From positions 3,520,001 through 3,584,000 of the forward strand of contig OZ241889.1 of NCBI GenBank assembly GCA_965203355.1: a DNA stretch of 64,000 nt, in the 5' to 3' direction. The DNA comes from Candidatus Latescibacterota bacterium. GTDB taxonomy: Bacteria; Latescibacterota; UBA2968; UBA8231. A model generated the notes under the pieces. It was given only the letters and a program-made list of their open reading frames with translations. It was not told the DNA's origin and did not search any database. Position numbers and translations under genes: made by a program. Of the stretch, positions 27,706-37,569 are shown piece after piece. The stretch's first letter is position 1. Every line of letters starts with the position of its first letter.

Positions 27706-30700
27706 ATGATCCCCAGAAAATGCAAGCGGCTCGCCGAAGTCGATTTTCCCATCGCCGAGGTGTCGCAGCACGCGGCGCGGGAGAAGTCGATTCGGCACGG
27801 CCATCCCTCAACGCTGCACCTGTGGTGGGCGCGGCGACCGTTGGCTTCGTCGCGGGCGGTGTTGCTGGCATTGCTGCTGCCGGACCCGTGCGACGAGCAC
27901 TGCCCGGCGGGCTTTAAGGAAGCGGCGCGTCAACTGCTTCCTTCGGTCGGCGGCGGGCGGGGCGAGACCGATGAAAAGTTGCGCCAAGGCTTGCTCAAGT
28001 TCATCGCCAATTTCGCCAACTGGGACAATGCGGCGGACCGCACCCATCTCGACGTGAGCCGGGCGTTGGTGAAGGCGGCGCATGGCGAAGATCCGCCGCT
28101 CGTGGTGGACCCGTTTGCGGGCGGCGGCTCAATTCCGTTGGAAGCGTTGCGGCTGGGCTGCGAGGCGTTTGCCAGCGATCTGAATCCGGTGGCGTGTCTG
28201 ATTCTCAAGGTGATGCTGGAGGACATTCCGCGTCATGGGCCGGGGTTGGCCGAGGAGTTGCGGCGGGTCGGCGGCGAGATTAAGCGGCAGGCCGAGCGGG
28301 AATTGGCCGATTTGTATCCGAGCGACCCGGACGGAGCGACGCCGATTGCCTATTTGTGGGCGCGCACGGTGCGCTGCGAAGCGCCCAACTGCGGCGCAGA
28401 AATTCCGCTGATGCGTTCGTTCTGGCTGTGCAAAAAGGCCAAGCGCAAGCGGGCTTTGCGGCATCGCGTCGAGCGGTGCGCGGGCGGGTCGCCGAGCGTC
28501 AAATTTGAGGGGGGGGGGGGGGGTAAATAGTTGTTTTTTAACAACTTATGATAAAAATTCAAAAGAGCCGCCGAGCGTCAAATTTGAGGTGTTCGAGCCA
28601 AAAGCGGACAAGGAGGTGCGCGGCGGCACGGTAGCGCGAGCGCGAGCAACGTGTCTGTGCTGCGGCGCGGTGCTGCCGCCGGAGCGAGTGCGGACGCAAC
28701 TTGCGGCCCAACGGGGCGGCGCGGATGTGATTTTTGACGCGGAAGGGAAGCGGGCGGGCGGGGCGCGAATGACCGCGGTGGTAACGCTCAAGCCGGGGCA
28801 GGCCGGGCGGCACTATCGCTTGCCGAATGATGCGGATTACGCGGCCGTGCAAAAGGCGCAGGCGCGGATAGCGCAGATTTTGGCGGAATGGGAACGGAAC
28901 GGGAAACAGGGGCTTTGCCCGGTGCCGGATGAGCCGTTGCCGCCGATCGGTACTTTGGGCTTCCGTGTGCAACGCTACGGCATGATGGAGTGGGGGGATT
29001 TGTTCACGGCGCGGCAGAAGGTGGCGTTGGGGGTGTTGGGACGAAAAACAGCAGAGCTTAAGCCAAGCATTCATCAGACCCTAACCGCATTGCTCTTAGG
29101 CAGAATGGCGGATGGGAATAATTCACTTACTCGCTGGGAAAGCGGTGCCGAAAACCCTGTAAATCTATTTGCACGTCAAGCCATTCCTGTAGTGTGGGAT
29201 TTCTGTGAGTCATCGCCAAAAAGCAATGCACGGGGAGTTTTCCTGTCGGGTATCACCGCAGCATGTAAGGTCATAGACGCTGGTCGATCCGTGGCGGAGG
29301 GCCAAGTCCAATCCGCCGACGCCATCAACTACCCACTCCCCGATCAAACCACTAGCGTCTGGTTCACCGATCCGCCCTACTACGACGCCATTCCCTATTC
29401 CGATCTCTCCGATTTCTTCCTCGTCTGGCTCAAGCGAACGCTCCCCGATAATCCATTGCTGCACGATCCGTTCGATCCGGATAATCCGCTCTCGCCCAAA
29501 ATAGCCGAGGCCGTCCAAGACGAAGTCAAATGCGATAATGAGGGTCGCCCCAAAGACCGCGAGTGGTTTGAGGAAACCATGGCAAAAGCCTTCGCCGAAG
29601 GTCGCCGCGTCCTGACGGAAGACGGCGTCGGCTCCGTCGTCTTCGCCCACAAAACCACCGAAGGCTGGGAAGCCTTACTCTCCGGCATGATTCGCGGCGG
29701 CTGGACCATCACCGGCTCGTGGCCGATTGCGACCGAAATGGCGTCCCGTCTCCGCGCCCGCGATTCCGCCGCCCTCGCCACCAGCATCCACCTCATCTGC
29801 CGCCCCCGCCCCGCAGACGCTCCCATCGGCGATTGGGCCGATGTCCTGCGCGAACTCCCCGTCCGCGTCGCCGACTGGATCGAACGCTTGCAGAGCGAAG
29901 GCATCCGCGGCGCCGATCTGGTGTTCGCCTGCATCGGCCCGGCCCTCGAAATTTTCAGCCGCTACCGCGCCGTCGAAACCGCCGAAGGCCATATCATCGG
30001 CCTGCCCGATTACTTGGAAAAAGTCTGGGAAGTCGTCGGTCGCGCCGCCCTGCAACAGGTACTCGGCACCGCCGAAGCGCGAGCGCGCAACGGCCTGTCC
30101 GGCGCACTCGAAGAAGACGCCCGCCTGACCGCGCTCTTCCTGTGGACGCTCCAAAGCACCACCCCTGCCGAGCAACAAGCCGACGCCGCCAGCGATGACG
30201 ACGACGCCAAAGTCGCCGCCACCGGATTCGCGCTCCCCTTCGACGTGGTGCGCCGCTTCGCCCAGCCCATGGGCATTGACCTCGACACCTGGACCAACCG
30301 CATCATCGGCCAAGAAAAAGGCGTCGTCCGCCTGCTGCCCGTAACCGAGCGCGCCAAAAAGCTATTCGGCGAAGAAGGCGCTGCTGCCGCCGCCCTCGCC
30401 ATCGAACGCGACCCGCAACCGACGCTCTTCCCCGCCGACGATGCGCCCACACTCGTCCGCGAGCCGAGCGCACATTACAGCGAATCCTCCGACGACCCTC
30501 TCGCCGCAACGCTCGGCGACACCACCCTCGACCGCGTCCACACCGCCATGCTGCTCCAGTCCAGCGGCCACGCCAACGCCCTGCGGACGCTCATCGGTGC
30601 CGAACAAGATCGCGGCCCGGACTTCCTCCGCCTTGCCAACGCCCTATCCGCCCTCTATCCTCAAGGCTGCAACGAAAAACGCCTTCTCGACGCCATGTTG

Positions 30701-30718
30701 CTGGCCGTGCCGAGGTAA
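27706..30718 (+). CDS. DUF1156-family adenine DNA methyltransferase, frameshifted at a G15 tract (probably phase-variable)
   Basis: [20 protein letters not shown] (motif I), CxxxxC and CxxC motifs, TDPPYYD (motif IV), FAHKTTEGW. The two ORFs (ending 28530 and starting 28505) join if one G is lost from 28509-28523. Confidence 0.88.
28490..28589 (+). repeat. 21-bp direct repeat flanking a G-tract/AT-rich insert inside the methyltransferase
   Basis: CGCCGAGCGTCAAATTTGAGG at 28490-28510 and 28569-28589 (79-bp period); between them are the G run and the hairpin AGTTGTT-TTTT-AACAACT. Confidence 0.95.
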
Positions 30719-30738
30719 GAACGCAAAAAGAGGATACC

Positions 30739-32109
30739 ATGAACCAAATCACGCTCAAAAACTTTCGCTGCTTTCGGGAGGAACAGACTGCCCGCTTAGC
30801 ACCGCTGACGCTGCTCGTCGGCGAGAACAGCACCGGCAAAACCTCGTTCATGGCTATGCTCCGAGTACTTTGGGATATGGTCTGTCGAGGGGAATCTCCT
30901 GACTTCAAGGAGGATCCCTACGACCTCGGCAGCTTTGACGAAATAGCACACTTCCGCGGCGGACGGGGCGATCGGGCAACCACTATTGAGGCAGATTTTG
31001 AGATCATTCCTGTACCCAAATCCAAAAAAAATGAACGGTTTCGTTTTGAAGTAACTTTTCAAAAAAAGGGGACCGTACCAGTACCAGTACGAAGACATTT
31101 TTGGCAAGAGGATGTGTGGGTAGAGTTTTCGCAATTGGCTGGCCAATTTGAAGAAAGTGAGATTCGCTTCGGAACCAAAAGGGGCACTTGGAAGCTTGAA
31201 CATACGCATACTACCGAACTTATCAGTAGTCTGACGGGTATGAATTTTCCTCTTTTTTTATCTATTAGCCACTTAATTACAGAAAACTCTCAATGGACCG
31301 CACTGTCAGGCTCGAAACAGCCTATACCTATAGACGAAGACTTTGAACAAATCCATAAAATTTCGTCCTTTCTATTCGAACGCTATCGCTCTTACTCAGA
31401 AAGGCCGTATGCCAGCGCACCGGTCCGCTCCAAACCGCGTCGCACATACGACCCCGCACGACCAACACAGGACCCCGAGGGCAATTACATCCCCATGTAT
31501 CTGTCCAACTTGTATTTTCAAGACAAAAATAAATGGGGAAAACTCAAAGAAGCCCTCGAAGATTTCGGTAAAAACGCAGGGCTTTTTGATGAAATTTCAG
31601 TCAAACCTTTGGGAAAGAAGGAGACAGAGCCTTTTCAAATGCAGGTCCGAAAGTCCGGGAAAAGGATTAAGGGGCCACAGCGGAACTTGATTGACGTAGG
31701 TTATGGGGTAAGCCAAGTACTCCCCGTCGTCACCGAGTTACTGCGTCCCGACGCCCCGTCCATGTTTCTGCTACAGCAACCGGAAGTACATCTCCATCCC
31801 AGCGCCCAAGCCGCGCTGGGTAGCCTGTTCTGTCAAGTCGCCGATCCGCAGCGTCAGTTGGTGGTCGAGACGCACAGCGATCACCTGATCAATCGGGTGC
31901 GGATGGATGTTCGCGATGGCGATGGCAAGCTAAAACCCGAAGACGTTTCCATCCTCTTCTTTGAACGGCGAGACCTCGACGTACACATTCATTCGCTGGA
32001 AATAGACGCCGAAGGGAACATCCTGAACGCCCCTCCGATTTATCGACAGTTCTTCATAACTGAGATGGAACGGTCTATTTGGAAGAGACGGAAGTCTAAA
32101 GGGAGTTAA
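30739..32109 (+). CDS. ABC/AAA_21-type ATPase with DUF3696-like C-terminus
   Basis: LKNFRCF, GENSTGKT, DVGYGVSQVLP, QQPEVHLHP, ETHSDHLI; AT-rich central region. Confidence 0.85.
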   Translation: MNQITLKNFRCFREEQTARLAPLTLLVGENSTGKTSFMAMLRVLWDMVCRGESPDFKEDPYDLGSFDEIAHFRGGRGDRATTIEADFEIIPVPKSKKNERFRFEVTFQKKGTVPVPVRRHFWQEDVWVEFSQLAGQFEESEIRFGTKRGTWKLEHTHTTELISSLTGMNFPLFLSISHLITENSQWTALSGSKQPIPIDEDFEQIHKISSFLFERYRSYSERPYASAPVRSKPRRTYDPARPTQDPEGNYIPMYLSNLYFQDKNKWGKLKEALEDFGKNAGLFDEISVKPLGKKETEPFQMQVRKSGKRIKGPQRNLIDVGYGVSQVLPVVTELLRPDAPSMFLLQQPEVHLHPSAQAALGSLFCQVADPQRQLVVETHSDHLINRVRMDVRDGDGKLKPEDVSILFFERRDLDVHIHSLEIDAEGNILNAPPIYRQFFITEMERSIWKRRKSKGS

Positions 32110-32112
32110 GCA

Positions 32113-32586
32113 ATGTGTGCAATTGTTGATGCGAATGTAGCCAATGAAGTTTTCGGTCCTAACCAATCTCCGGCCGGAGAGAAATTCTATGATTGGATCA
32201 ACAAAGCAAAGGGGCGCTTGGTAGTGGGCGGCAAGTTGCTTAAAGAACTCAAGAAATGTTCACCAACATTCAGAAAAGAACTGGTGATTACGTTAGGTAC
32301 GTTATTAGAAGCAGGCAGGATGAGAATCGTGAACGCAGATCAAGTCAATACCAAGGCAAAAGAGCTCAAGAGCAAATGCGATTCAGATGATCCACATATC
32401 ATCGCCTTAGCCCAAATCAGCGGTGCCCGTCTGTTATACACTAATGACGAAGGACTACAGCGGGATTTCAAGGACAAACGTCTAATCAATCAACCGGAAG
32501 GTAGGATCTACACCACAGTTCAAAACAACAACTTCACTTCTACCCACAAGAGCCTGCTTAGACAGCGAAACCTATGCCAGAGATAA
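32113..32586 (+). CDS. PIN-like domain protein
   Basis: IVDANV, SDDPHIIALA, LLYTND..L acidic PIN-type motifs; GGGAG RBS. Confidence 0.7.
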   Translation: MCAIVDANVANEVFGPNQSPAGEKFYDWINKAKGRLVVGGKLLKELKKCSPTFRKELVITLGTLLEAGRMRIVNADQVNTKAKELKSKCDSDDPHIIALAQISGARLLYTNDEGLQRDFKDKRLINQPEGRIYTTVQNNNFTSTHKSLLRQRNLCQR

Positions 32587-32620
32587 CTGCTCCGCGACTA
32601 CCGGCAGCACCGAGCCAATC

Positions 32621-34303
32621 ATGATCCGCCGTGTGACAATCAAAAACTTCAAGCGCTTCCGTGAACAGGAATTTGAGCTTGCAGAATCAGTCGTCCTTGC
32701 CGGGCCGAACAACGCCGGTAAATCAACGTTGCTCCAATCTGTTGCGCTCTGGAAGTTCGTGCTAGACCGCTGGGTTGCTCAACGGGCGGGCGGAAGAGCC
32801 GTTAAGCGTTCGGGTGTCGCTATCCCGCGCACTGACATCACCGCAGTCCCGCTCCGCGAGATGAACCTCCTTTGGGAAGACCGGAAAGTAACCGGCCCTC
32901 GCGGCATGTCCGACGCACGGCGGTTGATCGAGATCGTCGTGGAAGGACAGACAAACGGGCAAAACTGGACGTGTGGGCTTGAGCTCCAGTACAATAATCC
33001 CGAGTTGATTCACGCGCGGCCTCAAGGTGCAAAGAACCTCAATAGCGAAGCCATACGCGCCTTTCCGCCAACGGAAGCCCAGGAACTCTCCATCGTTCAC
33101 GTCCCCCCGCTCTCCGGCATTGAACACGACGAGCCTCGGCGCGATCGAGGCATGCAAGACTTGCTCATCGGTCAAGGACGACCAGGCGACATTCTGCGGA
33201 ACCTCCTGTTGGAAGTTGCCGAAAGCAACGATGCGGAAAACTGGCCGGCACTTGCGAGACACATCAAGGACCTCTTCCGCATCGAACTAATCAAGCCGAA
33301 TTACCAACCGGCTCAACCATATATCGTATGCGAATACCAAGAGCCGGGACACACGCGACCGCTGGATCTCTCAAACGCTGGCAGCGGAACGCTACAAGTG
33401 ATTCTTCTACTCGCTTTCTTGTACGCCCGCCCGGCCACGGTAATCCTGCTCGACGAGCCGGATGCCCACCAGCACATCATCCTACAACGGCAAGTGTACG
33501 ATCTCATCCGCAAAGTTGCGCACGAGCGTCAGGGGCAAGTCATTGTCGCAACCCACTCCGAGGTCATCCTCGATTCAACAGAGCCGACCCGGGTACTCGG
33601 CTTCTTCAGCCCAGCACCCCGTCCCCTTGCCGATAAAACCGAGCGCGATCAACTCCGCGAGGCACTCAAGCGCATTACCACCACGGACCTGCTGTTGGGC
33701 CAAGAAGTTGGGGGCGTACTCTATGTTGAAAGCGAGGCCGACGAGCGCATACTAAGCGAGTGGGCGCACATACTCAATCATCCAGCGCAGCGTTTCTTTG
33801 AGCGACCTTTTGTCCACTCGCTCGGCAGCAGGAGCCTTCGCGAAGCAAGAGCACATTTCTTTGCCATGCGGGCGGTTTGTCCAGACTTACGCGCCCTCTG
33901 TCTGCTCGATGGGGACAATAAAGACGAACCGGACGTGGAGATGCAGAATGCGGGTCTAGTCGTTCTACGCTGGCGCCGCTACGAAATCGAGAACTACCTC
34001 CTGCATCCAGAGGCCATTAAGCGATTTGCCGACTTCCCGTTGCTGCATACAAAAATTGACGACGCATTCTGGCGAGAGGTACCCCACGGGACCGATCTCT
34101 TTGGGAATCATGTCTCGCTTGTGCGCGTCAAGGCAAGCGACGAGTTCTTAGTACCGCTATTGGAAAAGCTCGGCATCAACACTCCCAAGAGAGAGCTATA
34201 TCTGCTGGCAGCCGCTATGAAAAAAGACGAGATCCACCCAGAGATACGCGAAAAACTCGACCACATCGCAGAGTCGCTCAATCCGCGGGAGACAGAGGCT
34301 TAG
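32621..34303 (+). CDS. ABC ATPase fused to a TOPRIM-like domain (OLD / DUF4435-type nuclease)
   Basis: IKNFKRF, GPNNAGKS, GSG, LLDEPDAH, ATHS; C-terminal LYVES..D, LLDGD, RYEIENYLL. Confidence 0.78.
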   Translation: MIRRVTIKNFKRFREQEFELAESVVLAGPNNAGKSTLLQSVALWKFVLDRWVAQRAGGRAVKRSGVAIPRTDITAVPLREMNLLWEDRKVTGPRGMSDARRLIEIVVEGQTNGQNWTCGLELQYNNPELIHARPQGAKNLNSEAIRAFPPTEAQELSIVHVPPLSGIEHDEPRRDRGMQDLLIGQGRPGDILRNLLLEVAESNDAENWPALARHIKDLFRIELIKPNYQPAQPYIVCEYQEPGHTRPLDLSNAGSGTLQVILLLAFLYARPATVILLDEPDAHQHIILQRQVYDLIRKVAHERQGQVIVATHSEVILDSTEPTRVLGFFSPAPRPLADKTERDQLREALKRITTTDLLLGQEVGGVLYVESEADERILSEWAHILNHPAQRFFERPFVHSLGSRSLREARAHFFAMRAVCPDLRALCLLDGDNKDEPDVEMQNAGLVVLRWRRYEIENYLLHPEAIKRFADFPLLHTKIDDAFWREVPHGTDLFGNHVSLVRVKASDEFLVPLLEKLGINTPKRELYLLAAAMKKDEIHPEIREKLDHIAESLNPRETEA

Positions 34304-34353
34304 CGATGGCGCATTGGTATAAAGCTGCGAAGCTGCCGTAGGGAGAATGTTCG

Positions 34354-34737
34354 ATGAGTAAAACCACCTTTTTGGAGGAATACCTTCGCCACCGACTCGG
34401 ACATCTATCGTATCCTAAAAAGATAATTCCGTATGTCCAGCGACATGAGTTTGAGGGACTGTTGTTCTCGGATGTAAGCGTTTTTACGGGCTTGATTGAG
34501 GCACCAGACGGATCGGTGCGAGCCTTGCAAGACATCCGTTCACAGTTCCAGACGCCCGAAGATATCAACGACAATAGCGACACGGCTCCGAGCAAACGGA
34601 TTAAGCAGGTTGTACCTAGATACTATAAGAATGTTGACGGCCCCCGTCTGGCAATGAGAATAGGCTTGGACGCGATTCGCGCTGAATGCCCTCGGTTCAA
34701 CAACTGGGTAACGAACTTGGAGTCGCTGGGGAACTAA
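34354..34737 (+). pseudogene. DUF4276-family protein, C-terminal fragment
   Basis: PYVQ.HEFEGLLFSD, PEDIND..TAPSKRI, IGLDAIRAECPRF..W; the N-terminal VEG..E TOPRIM-like motif is absent. Confidence 0.7.
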
Positions 34738-34779
34738 GATAAACCACCGCGTACACAACCGATCAAAGAGAGAGACAGC

Positions 34780-37569
34780 ATGGCCCTCGACCCTTGGTAT
34801 AAAATCGTAACGCTCCGTAAAGAAGTACGCGAAGGCCGCTCGTTCAGCCCAGACGAGTTCGCCATCGCCCTTGAGCAGATCGTCGCCCAAACCGCCCCCG
34901 CCGATTACCGCGATCCAGCGCAGTTCTTCTCGCGCACTTGCTTCACCCGCGCCCTGAAGGAACACGCTGGCATGGTCCTTCGGCGTCTTTCCGGCAAAAC
35001 CGAGAACACCGCACCGGTCCTCACGCTCGTCACCCAATTTGGCGGCGGCAAGACGCATACACTCGCTTCTCTGTACCATATCGCCAACGCCGGCGCAGAT
35101 GCCGCCAAATTCCCCGGCGTGTCAGCGCTCCTCAACGAGGCGGGCATGGCCGAAGCTCCGCCCGCTCGCGTCGGCGTTTTCGTCGGCAACGCTTGGGACC
35201 CAGCCGAAGGCCGCGAAACGCCTTGGATCGACCTAGCGCGCCAACTCGCAGGCGAGAAGGGCGTTGCAGCACTCGGCCCGGCCGCAAAAACCACGCCACC
35301 GGGCACCGAAGCACTGGCCAATGTATTCGCGGCTGCGGATGCGCCCGTGCTGCTACTGTTCGATGAAGTCCTCAACTGCGTCAACCGCCATCGCTCCATG
35401 GCCGAGCCTTTCCACGCCTTCCTGCAAAACCTGACCGTCGCCGTCACTGGCACCACGCAAGCCGCAGCGGTCATCAGCCTGCCGCGCAGCCAAGTCGAAA
35501 TGACCGATTGGGACCAACAGTGGCAAGACCGAATTACCAAGGTCGTGCGCCGCGTCGCCCGCGACCTGATCGCCAATGACGAATCCGAAATCAGCGAGGT
35601 CGTGCGCCGACGGCTGTTCGAGGACCTCGGCAACGAGCGCATTCGCAAGCGCGTCGCCAAAGCCTACGCGGACTGGTGCTTTGAACGCACCGCCCGCCTA
35701 CCTGCCGAGTGGCTGGCGGTTGATACCGCGACGACCGAGGCCAAGGCCAGGGAATTTCTGCGGGGCCGATTCGAGGCGTGCTATCCCTTTCATCCAGCGA
35801 CCCTTTCGGTCTTTCAGCGCAAGTGGCGTGCGCTCACCCAGTTTCAGCAAACCCGCGGCGCCATGGCCATGCTGGCGCAGTGGATTTCTTGGGCCGCACG
35901 CGAGCAGTTCACCAAGGCGCGAACTGAGCCGCTGATCACGCTGGGCTCGGCCCCGTTGGACGTGCCCGAGTTCCGCGCCGTGGTTTTGGGCCAGTTGGGC
36001 GAATCGCGGCTCGATGCGGCGATTGACGCGGACCTCGCCGGGACAACGGCCCGCGCCCGACCACTCGATGCAGATGTCAAGGGGGCACTGCGCGGCATCC
36101 ACGGTCGCGTGGGTACGGCCATTCTGTTTGAGTCCTCGGGCGGACAAATGGACAAGGTAGCCCATCTGCCGGAATTGCGTTTTGCGCTCGGCGAGCCCGA
36201 GATCGATACGGCGACCATTGACAGCGCGGCGACGGCTCTCGAAGGGTCGGGGTTTTTTATCCGCAAGGTCGGCACAGACGGCTATCGCATCCATCACCAA
36301 GCGACCCTGCGCAAGGTCGTCAGCGACCGGCGGGCCTCGCTCGACGAGGCTACCGAGATCAAGCCAGCGATCCGCAAGCTAGTCGAGGAACAGTTCAAGC
36401 GCGGCGCAACCTTGCCGCTAGCTTTCTTCCCCCCCGATAGCGGCGCAGTCCAAGATTCTCCGCGCCTCACCCTAATCGTCCTCGACCCCGACGTAGAATG
36501 GACCAACGGCAACCAAGTGGTCGAGCGCCTTGACCAGTGGACGCAGCAGCGGGGCACTTCGCCACGGCTATACCGAGCTTCGTTGGTGTGGTGTGCGCGG
36601 AAACCAGGCCGGGAACTGCGCGACAAAGCCGAGCTATGGCTTGCTTGGCAGCGCGTAGCGCAAGAGATGTCCGAAGGCATCCTCGGCTCAGAATACGACC
36701 GCGCCGACCGCGCCGAAATCCAGACCCAAGTGCGGGACGCCGAGCAAGCGGCCAAGGACGAAGTATGGGCTAGCTATCGCTTCGTGGCGCTGGCCGACAA
36801 TCAGGCAAAGCATCGGCTCAAGATCATCGACCTCGGCGCCGGTCATGCCAGCGCTAGTGAAACCCTCTGCGGACGGATGATCAGTGCGTTGAAATCCGAA
36901 GCCCTGCTCAACGAGAATGTGGGGGCGGGCTACCTCGATCGCCACTGGCCGGCGGCGTTCAAAGACACGGGTGCTTGGCCGCTGACCAGTTTGCGCCAGA
37001 GCTTTCTGAACGGTGCCTTGACGCGCTTGCTCGATCCCGATGCGGTACTGCGGCAGAAAATCGTTGAGTTTGTGGCAAAGGGAGAGTTCGGCCTAGCCTC
37101 TGGTGCCAAGGACGGCGGCGGCTTTAATAGGCTGTGGTATGAAGAGGCGGTCGCAGCCGAGGAAGTAGCGTTTGAGGACAATGTCTTCTTGGTAGCCAAG
37201 GACAAGGCCAAAGAACGCAAAACCGCCCCTCGAGATGCGCCGCAGACACAACCAGACCCGGCTCCAAGCCCAGAGCCCGTTCCCCGGCCAGAGCCTAGTC
37301 CAGCCAATCAAACGACCATGCTGCGGCTTACCGGCACCGTGCCGCCTGAACTCTGGAACCGGCTAGGCACCAAGCTACTGCCCAAGCTGCGCTCCGGGGA
37401 AGAGGTCAGCGTCGGCATAGAATTCGCCGTGCGCGTTAGCTTGCCATTGGCCCAGAACATGGAAACCGAATTACGGCAGGTGCTCGCCGATCTGAATCTA
37501 CAGGATCAGGTCCGCGTCGCACGATCACTCCCCCAGCCTACCCTTCCTCTCGCGCCACCTTCCCCTTGA
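34780..37569 (+). CDS. DUF499-family ATPase
   Basis: Y.DP..FF.RT, TQFGGGKTH (Walker A), LLFDE (Walker B), VVRRRLFE, CYPFHP, FQQTRG; Pro-rich linker near the C-terminus. Confidence 0.88.
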   Translation: MALDPWYKIVTLRKEVREGRSFSPDEFAIALEQIVAQTAPADYRDPAQFFSRTCFTRALKEHAGMVLRRLSGKTENTAPVLTLVTQFGGGKTHTLASLYHIANAGADAAKFPGVSALLNEAGMAEAPPARVGVFVGNAWDPAEGRETPWIDLARQLAGEKGVAALGPAAKTTPPGTEALANVFAAADAPVLLLFDEVLNCVNRHRSMAEPFHAFLQNLTVAVTGTTQAAAVISLPRSQVEMTDWDQQWQDRITKVVRRVARDLIANDESEISEVVRRRLFEDLGNERIRKRVAKAYADWCFERTARLPAEWLAVDTATTEAKAREFLRGRFEACYPFHPATLSVFQRKWRALTQFQQTRGAMAMLAQWISWAAREQFTKARTEPLITLGSAPLDVPEFRAVVLGQLGESRLDAAIDADLAGTTARARPLDADVKGALRGIHGRVGTAILFESSGGQMDKVAHLPELRFALGEPEIDTATIDSAATALEGSGFFIRKVGTDGYRIHHQATLRKVVSDRRASLDEATEIKPAIRKLVEEQFKRGATLPLAFFPPDSGAVQDSPRLTLIVLDPDVEWTNGNQVVERLDQWTQQRGTSPRLYRASLVWCARKPGRELRDKAELWLAWQRVAQEMSEGILGSEYDRADRAEIQTQVRDAEQAAKDEVWASYRFVALADNQAKHRLKIIDLGAGHASASETLCGRMISALKSEALLNENVGAGYLDRHWPAAFKDTGAWPLTSLRQSFLNGALTRLLDPDAVLRQKIVEFVAKGEFGLASGAKDGGGFNRLWYEEAVAAEEVAFEDNVFLVAKDKAKERKTAPRDAPQTQPDPAPSPEPVPRPEPSPANQTTMLRLTGTVPPELWNRLGTKLLPKLRSGEEVSVGIEFAVRVSLPLAQNMETELRQVLADLNLQDQVRVARSLPQPTLPLAPPSP

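Larger units (their letters stand above)
22376..37569 (+). other. Defence island: SNF2-DUF1156-DUF499 restriction-like core with inserted modules
   Basis: All genes lie on the + strand with defence-type domains and AT-richer patches, between unrelated host genes. No integrase or terminal repeats seen. Confidence 0.8.

Noticed and set aside
37240-37310. Short CCAGAGCC-like repeats in the DUF499 gene
   Set aside because: They encode a Pro-rich linker (PQPDPAPSPEPVPRPEPSP-like), not a DNA element.
22376-37569. Prophage or integrative element
   Set aside because: No integrase, phage, conjugation or att features are visible.
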